NCBI GenBank assembly: GCA_040901675.1
Contig: JBBDYJ010000015.1
Location: 32,001-96,000, forward strand
Length of the DNA stretch: 64,000 nt
Origin: Pirellulales bacterium
GTDB lineage: Bacteria > Planctomycetota > Planctomycetia > Pirellulales > JAICIG01
Direction of reading: 5' to 3'
Part shown: in pieces, positions 59,635 through 64,000 of the stretch
Position numbering within the stretch: the first letter of the stretch is position 1
Layout: every line of letters starts with the position of its first letter
Notes under the pieces: model-generated
Seen by the model: the letters and a program-made list of their open reading frames with translations, nothing else
The model's database searches: none
Told to the model about the DNA's origin: nothing
Position numbers and translations under genes: made by a program

Positions 59635-61461
59635 CTAAGAGAGCGCCAGCCGCTCGCGCTCTTCCGCACCGATGAAGCCATCGTCCGTCCAGCCGCGGCG
59701 GCGGTTGTAGGCCCGGATGAGGATCGAGAGCGATTCGCGCGAGAGCCGGGCGGTGGCGTCCTCGGGCAGCACGTCGTCGAAGAAGCGGTCGGGAAGCGTG
59801 TCCTCGGCCGGCTGCCAGCCGGCCTGGATGTTGTAGAGCTTGCGGGCCACCACGATCCGCCGCGCCGTCTCGCGCAGCTCGTCGGGCGTGGTGTCCCAGC
59901 CGGTCACCAGGTTGAGCATCCGGCTCAGCTCGGCGTGGAAGTCGCCGAACACGCCGCGGAGGAACTTGCAGAGGATCAGTGAATCGATCAAGGCGGCCCT
60001 ATCCTCGGTTTCGATCGCCAGCTCGGCGGCCCGCGGGCCCGGATTGCGGCGATCGACCCGATCCGAAAAATCGACCTCGTAGGCGCCCGAGCGGTTGTGG
60101 TCGGCCCCGCGCGTGCCGACCGCGAAGCCCAGCGCCATCGTCTGCAGGGCCCGCGGCTCGTAGCCGGGCATCTCCAGCCCCTTCACCTGCGCGGCAAAGC
60201 CGATCGAGCCGGCGCCGATCCGCCCGGCCGCCCGCCGGCTCCCCTCGGCCAGCAGGTTGCCCAGCCCCTCGCGGCGGCCGATCTCGTCGATGGCCCGCAG
60301 CAGGGCCTGCCCGTCGCCGAAGCGCAGCCACGGCGCATCCAAAAGGCCGCGTGCCACGCACTCCATGGCAAAGGCGATCGTGCCGCCGGTGCTGATCGTG
60401 TCGAGGCCCAGCTCGTCGCAGCGCCGCGACGCGGCCAGCACCACGTCCGGATCGCCCACCTCGCACAAGGGCCCGAGCGCGAAGAGGTTTTCATACTCCA
60501 GCCGCACGCCGCCCCCGTCGCCAGCTCCCTTGTCGCCGCCGGCCAGCGAGTAGAGATGCTCGCAGCCGATCGTGCAGGCGGCGCAGCTCTTACGAGTCTT
60601 CTCGCGGGTCACGCTGAGCTGTTCGGGCGAGATGTCGGCGGCCCCCTCGAACGAGCCTTGCTGGAAGTTGCGCGTGGGCAACGTGCCGAGCCGGTTGAAC
60701 AAGAGCAGGTTCGAGGCGGTGCCCAGCTCGCGGTACTTGGCGGTGGCCGGTCCGAACGATCGCGTGGAAAGATCCTTGCTCAGCTCGATCAGCTCCGCCG
60801 GCTTGTCCCACCTGCATCGCTGGGTGCCACGGACGGCCAGCGCCTTGACGTTTTTCGAGCCCAGCACCGCGCCGTTGCCGCCTCGCCCCGCATGGCGGCC
60901 ATCGTGCGAGACGGTGGCGTACCGCACCATCCGCTCGCCGGCCGGGCCGATCACCGCCACCGCATAGTCGCCGCCCAGCCGCAGCCGCAGGCGCTCTTCC
61001 GCCTCCGGGCAGGTCAGCCCCCACAGGTCGCCGGCCGGCTCGATCCGCACCTGCCCCTCGTCGATGACCACCACCGAGGGCTCCGGCGAGCGGCCGACCA
61101 GGACGAGGGCATCGAAGCCGGTCCGCTTGCCGCTGATGGCGAAGCGGCTGCTGACCAGCGAATCGTTGATCCGCTCGGTGAGCGGGCTTTTGGCCACCAC
61201 GGCGAACTTGGCCGACGTGGTCAACGGGCTGCCGACCAGCGGGCTGAAGACAAAGGCCAGCGGCGACTCCGGCGCGAGTGCGTCGAGGGCGGCCCGGCCT
61301 TCCTCGAGCATCAGCCAGGTGCCCAGGCCGCTGCCACCGATGAAGCGCCGCAGCACATCCTCGCCGAGCGGCACCGCCTCAGCCTTGCCGGTCGACAGGT
61401 CGATGCGCAGGTATCTGCCGTGATAGCCGGGGACTGTGGATGGTGAAGCTTGCGGCTGCAT
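59635..61461 (-). CDS. aor: Aldehyde:ferredoxin oxidoreductase family (AOR/WOR) protein
   Basis: KSPLT, AGRGGNGAVLGSKNVKA, CAACTIGC, EYE, DELGLD, DSLILCKF. Confidence 0.93.
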   Translation of the reverse strand: MQPQASPSTVPGYHGRYLRIDLSTGKAEAVPLGEDVLRRFIGGSGLGTWLMLEEGRAALDALAPESPLAFVFSPLVGSPLTTSAKFAVVAKSPLTERINDSLVSSRFAISGKRTGFDALVLVGRSPEPSVVVIDEGQVRIEPAGDLWGLTCPEAEERLRLRLGGDYAVAVIGPAGERMVRYATVSHDGRHAGRGGNGAVLGSKNVKALAVRGTQRCRWDKPAELIELSKDLSTRSFGPATAKYRELGTASNLLLFNRLGTLPTRNFQQGSFEGAADISPEQLSVTREKTRKSCAACTIGCEHLYSLAGGDKGAGDGGGVRLEYENLFALGPLCEVGDPDVVLAASRRCDELGLDTISTGGTIAFAMECVARGLLDAPWLRFGDGQALLRAIDEIGRREGLGNLLAEGSRRAAGRIGAGSIGFAAQVKGLEMPGYEPRALQTMALGFAVGTRGADHNRSGAYEVDFSDRVDRRNPGPRAAELAIETEDRAALIDSLILCKFLRGVFGDFHAELSRMLNLVTGWDTTPDELRETARRIVVARKLYNIQAGWQPAEDTLPDRFFDDVLPEDATARLSRESLSILIRAYNRRRGWTDDGFIGAEERERLALS

Positions 61462-61480
61462 ACGCGTTTTTTCTTGCCCT

Positions 61481-61744
61481 TTAACCCCCGGCGTCGGCCG
61501 AGAGGATCAGCAGTGCGTCGCCCGGTTCCAGCGGCGTGGCCGGGTCGGTGACGAATCGGTCTCCATTCAGGTTGGCGGCATATCCGGGTTTGAGCCGGCC
61601 GCTTTCGATACAGGCGTCGGCCAGTCTCGGGTAGCGTTCGCCCAGGCCGGTAAGCACCTGGTCCAGTCGCTGGCCCTCGGCGGTGGTGGCCGCCACGCCG
61701 GCCCGTTCACGGGGGATGCCGAAGAATTCTACGGAAATCGACAT
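61481..61744 (-). CDS. moaD: MoaD/ThiS sulfur carrier
   Basis: 87 aa ubiquitin-like fold ending ADAGG; adjacent to aor. Confidence 0.88.
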   Translation of the reverse strand: MSISVEFFGIPRERAGVAATTAEGQRLDQVLTGLGERYPRLADACIESGRLKPGYAANLNGDRFVTDPATPLEPGDALLILSADAGG

Positions 61745-61771
61745 TGGCGGGGCAGGCGCGTAAAGGGATTT

Positions 61772-62344
61772 TCACTGCTTGACGTTGATGCCGATGATGT
61801 GCTGTTCTTGAGACAAAGCCTCCAGAAACTCCTTCGCACAGTAGAGCTTGCCGGTCTGAAGCTTGGCGAAGCTTTGGGGCATATCCGCAACGACGATATT
61901 GCTCGTGTCACCTTCTATCAGCCAGAATGCGTGAACGTGATAAGCCGGAACGATCAGAAGCCGAACGAGAGGGTCCCCCTTCACGTTGCTGTCGATCCAC
62001 TCGATGGCGTCATCGATTCTTTGCGCTACCGCGGACTCAAAGATTTCGCGCACTGACCAATTTGCCGCGTCCGGGCCAAGGGGCATGGATCTCGCAAAAG
62101 ACTCTGCCCTGCCATCGATTTTGATCTGGTGATGCCATCTCCCGGTCTGGCGAGCGAGTTGCGAAAGGTCCCCGTTTGGCTTTGTCACCGAGTCGGCCTC
62201 AAGCGCCCAGACGGAGAACGACTCGGTCATTTCCATCGCCTTTCTCTGAAGGACAGCTGCGCCCAGGGCCTTTCCGGCCTCAGCGCCGATCTGCGACGCC
62301 ACCGCGTCGATAACGTCATTGGGCAAGCTATCGGCATGAGCCAT
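61772..62344 (-). CDS. Hypothetical partner of the papain-like protease
   Basis: Starts 3 nt after the protease stop with SD GAGGAGG; motifs GRWHHQI and VRLLIVPAYHVHAFWL. Confidence 0.75.
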   Translation of the reverse strand: MAHADSLPNDVIDAVASQIGAEAGKALGAAVLQRKAMEMTESFSVWALEADSVTKPNGDLSQLARQTGRWHHQIKIDGRAESFARSMPLGPDAANWSVREIFESAVAQRIDDAIEWIDSNVKGDPLVRLLIVPAYHVHAFWLIEGDTSNIVVADMPQSFAKLQTGKLYCAKEFLEALSQEQHIIGINVKQ

Positions 62345-62347
62345 CCG

Positions 62348-62887
62348 TCACCTCCTCAGGTCCGTGAAGGTCCAGAACCAGGAACCCAGCCCGTAGGCAT
62401 TGACCAGATCCGCGTAGGTGATCGCGCCATGCCCGTACCAAGGGTCATTGACGTGAATCTTCCCATCGTCGTAATAGCCCCGGACGATCACTACATGGCC
62501 ACCGCCGCCGTTCCAAGCGATGCCCGGCTCCAAAGGCCGGCCTTGGTCGATTTCAAGCTGGATGCCGCCTTGGCTTATTGTACCAGATCCCGAGTAGCAG
62601 CGCAGCCCGAAAGCGTTATAGACGCGGCAGACGTCGGCAACTTGGCACGGTCTGTTGCAGAGCGAACTTGACGGAGCCGAACAGCAATCGCTGATGCCGA
62701 ACAACCAGTTGGCCAAGTCACATTGCCTGACGGCGATGTTGCCGTAGTAATGCAGGACCATGTCAGCGCAAGCCGCCCAGCACCATTGCGTCTGCTCCTG
62801 CTGGATCCAAGGCACGTTGAGCAGCCGCGGGCCGACGGGGGGTGGCGCGGGGACAATCGTCTTACCGTTGGGAACGCGCAGAGGCAT
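62348..62887 (-). CDS. Papain-like cysteine protease (C39/C70-like)
   Basis: QQEQTQWCWAAC (Cys), GGGHVVIVRGY (His), VNDPW (Asp). Confidence 0.85.
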   Translation of the reverse strand: MPLRVPNGKTIVPAPPPVGPRLLNVPWIQQEQTQWCWAACADMVLHYYGNIAVRQCDLANWLFGISDCCSAPSSSLCNRPCQVADVCRVYNAFGLRCYSGSGTISQGGIQLEIDQGRPLEPGIAWNGGGGHVVIVRGYYDDGKIHVNDPWYGHGAITYADLVNAYGLGSWFWTFTDLRR

Positions 62888-62896
62888 CGCTCCATC

Positions 62897-62986
62897 CTAT
62901 TGCGTTTCGTTGGCGGTGATTTTCGCACCGGAAGGCAGCAAGCAGCTTTTTGACGCCGCAACGTTCTTCACCGGCCGCCTCGTCAT
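62897..62986 (-). pseudogene. 5' remnant of abiEii nucleotidyltransferase toxin
   Basis: ATGA-coupled to abiEi; reads MTRRPVKNVAAS, then unrelated sequence to a TAG after 29 codons. Confidence 0.65.
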
Positions 62987-63585
62987 ACGCTGGCCTCGAG
63001 GTATGGCCGCATAACCTTCTCGACGCGGCATAGGCGGGCGTATTCGAGCACGTGCTGAAGTTTGGGCCGGCGTCGGCCCCGGTAGGCGCGCAACGCCTCG
63101 AGGGCGACATCGAGGCCGATCTTGTTGCGGAACTTGAAGCAGTCGGCCAGCGTTTTTTCTGGGCCATACATGCGCACAGGCACGCCATCGATAGTGTGCG
63201 TTTCGATACCTGTCTGGAAGGCTTGAAGGGAAAAGCGGAAGACGCGCAGAGGCGGATGCTCAAGTATTGGATGGCGAGCGGTTCGCGGAAGCGCCAGATG
63301 GACCTCATGGGGAATCTGCGTGGTGAGTTCGTGGTAGGCCAGCGCCGAGATCAGGCAGACAACGGCTTGCGGGACGCGCTTGGCGACCGTGGCCAGATCG
63401 GGCTCGCTTAGCGGGGGCAGATCGGTAAGCCGGTAAAGCCCCCGGGCAAGCTGCTCGAGTTCACCGGCATCCCGCATTGCATAGAGCGTCCGTGGATGGA
63501 TGCCTGCCGCCAGGGCCTCGCCGGTTCGTAGCGTGCCGCCGTGGTCATTGAAGAGCCTGCGGGCCTGTTCAGTTGGGGAAACCAT
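62983..63585 (-). CDS. abiEi: Type IV toxin-antitoxin AbiEi antitoxin / transcriptional regulator
   Basis: LEQLARGLYRL, VVCLISALAYHELTTQIP, YGPEKTLADCFKFRNKIG, MRPYLEA. Confidence 0.92.
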   Translation of the reverse strand: MVSPTEQARRLFNDHGGTLRTGEALAAGIHPRTLYAMRDAGELEQLARGLYRLTDLPPLSEPDLATVAKRVPQAVVCLISALAYHELTTQIPHEVHLALPRTARHPILEHPPLRVFRFSLQAFQTGIETHTIDGVPVRMYGPEKTLADCFKFRNKIGLDVALEALRAYRGRRRPKLQHVLEYARLCRVEKVMRPYLEASV

Positions 63586-63607
63586 TGCGGCGCCCAAGGG
63601 AGGACTG

Positions 63608-63655
63608 TGGATAGAAACGCAAGCACATTTTAACAAGTGCGTGCGATTTTATCCA
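63608..63655. promoter_or_regulatory. Imperfect 19-bp inverted repeat, putative AbiEi autoregulatory operator
   Basis: TGGATAGAAACGCAAGCAC-N10-GTGCGTGCGATTTTATCCA immediately upstream of abiEi. Confidence 0.7.
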
Positions 63656-64000
63656 GTCCGGGCGGAAGCCGAACACCTGGCTCAGGCGGTCCCGCGGGGC
63701 GGCTGCAGTCGAGCCACATGGGGTCCGGACCCGGTCGAACCGGCTTGTTTCTGCCATCGAAGGGCAAACCCCGCGGAAAAGAGGGCCGGCTCGATCTCGG
63801 AGCGGACCTTCTTCATCAAACTGCCAAGGTGCTTGATTGGATTGGGGTCCATGCCATTTATTCTAGCCGCACCCTCGGCGAATCCGTAAAAAGACCTCGA
63901 TTCCTGCAATCAACAGCCTAGGCTATCGCCGTTTAGACGCCATGGGCAAAAGGAAACGGCGTTGCAGGGAGTGCCAAAGATCGGGAGCTCGCGGTATCGC

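Noticed and set aside
1..64000. tRNA, rRNA, intact IS or prophage genes
   Set aside because: None recognised by eye; a covariance-model or HMM scan was not possible.

Overview
High-GC bacterial chromosomal window, most likely a planctomycete (Pirellulales-like). This is inferred from a Tat-signal DUF1501 gene, ValS-specific insertions, NPY-x-x-P and QF-x-LR small membrane proteins, and archaeal-type C1 genes. The left ~37 kb is mostly housekeeping: M16 peptidase, NagB-like plus PIG-L pair, lpdA-aceE-aceF, truB, ftsK, cimA, valS, hom-apgM-lysC, tadABC with a TPR lipoprotein, and two moeA genes. The right ~27 kb interleaves a Mo/W-pterin C1/aldehyde locus (fwdD-fwdB-fwdA...fwdC, mobA, moaD, AOR) with accessory cassettes (BlaI/BlaR1, diheme cytochrome-PadR-ABC, MT-A70 methylase, small membrane proteins, and abiEi followed by a truncated abiEii and a papain-like protease pair). 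Most notable: (1) an FwdB that keeps its Fe-S and metal-ligand cysteines plus a separate FwdD, co-located with AOR and cofactor genes; (2) an AbiE operon whose toxin appears replaced by a cysteine protease and partner; (3) a Val/Ile leader-peptide attenuator before cimA; (4) divergent sigma54 promoters; (5) repeated leaderless-gene architecture; (6) at least six REP-like families, heptamer arrays and a 24-bp element nested in a REP. All product calls are from motif recognition; no database searches were run.
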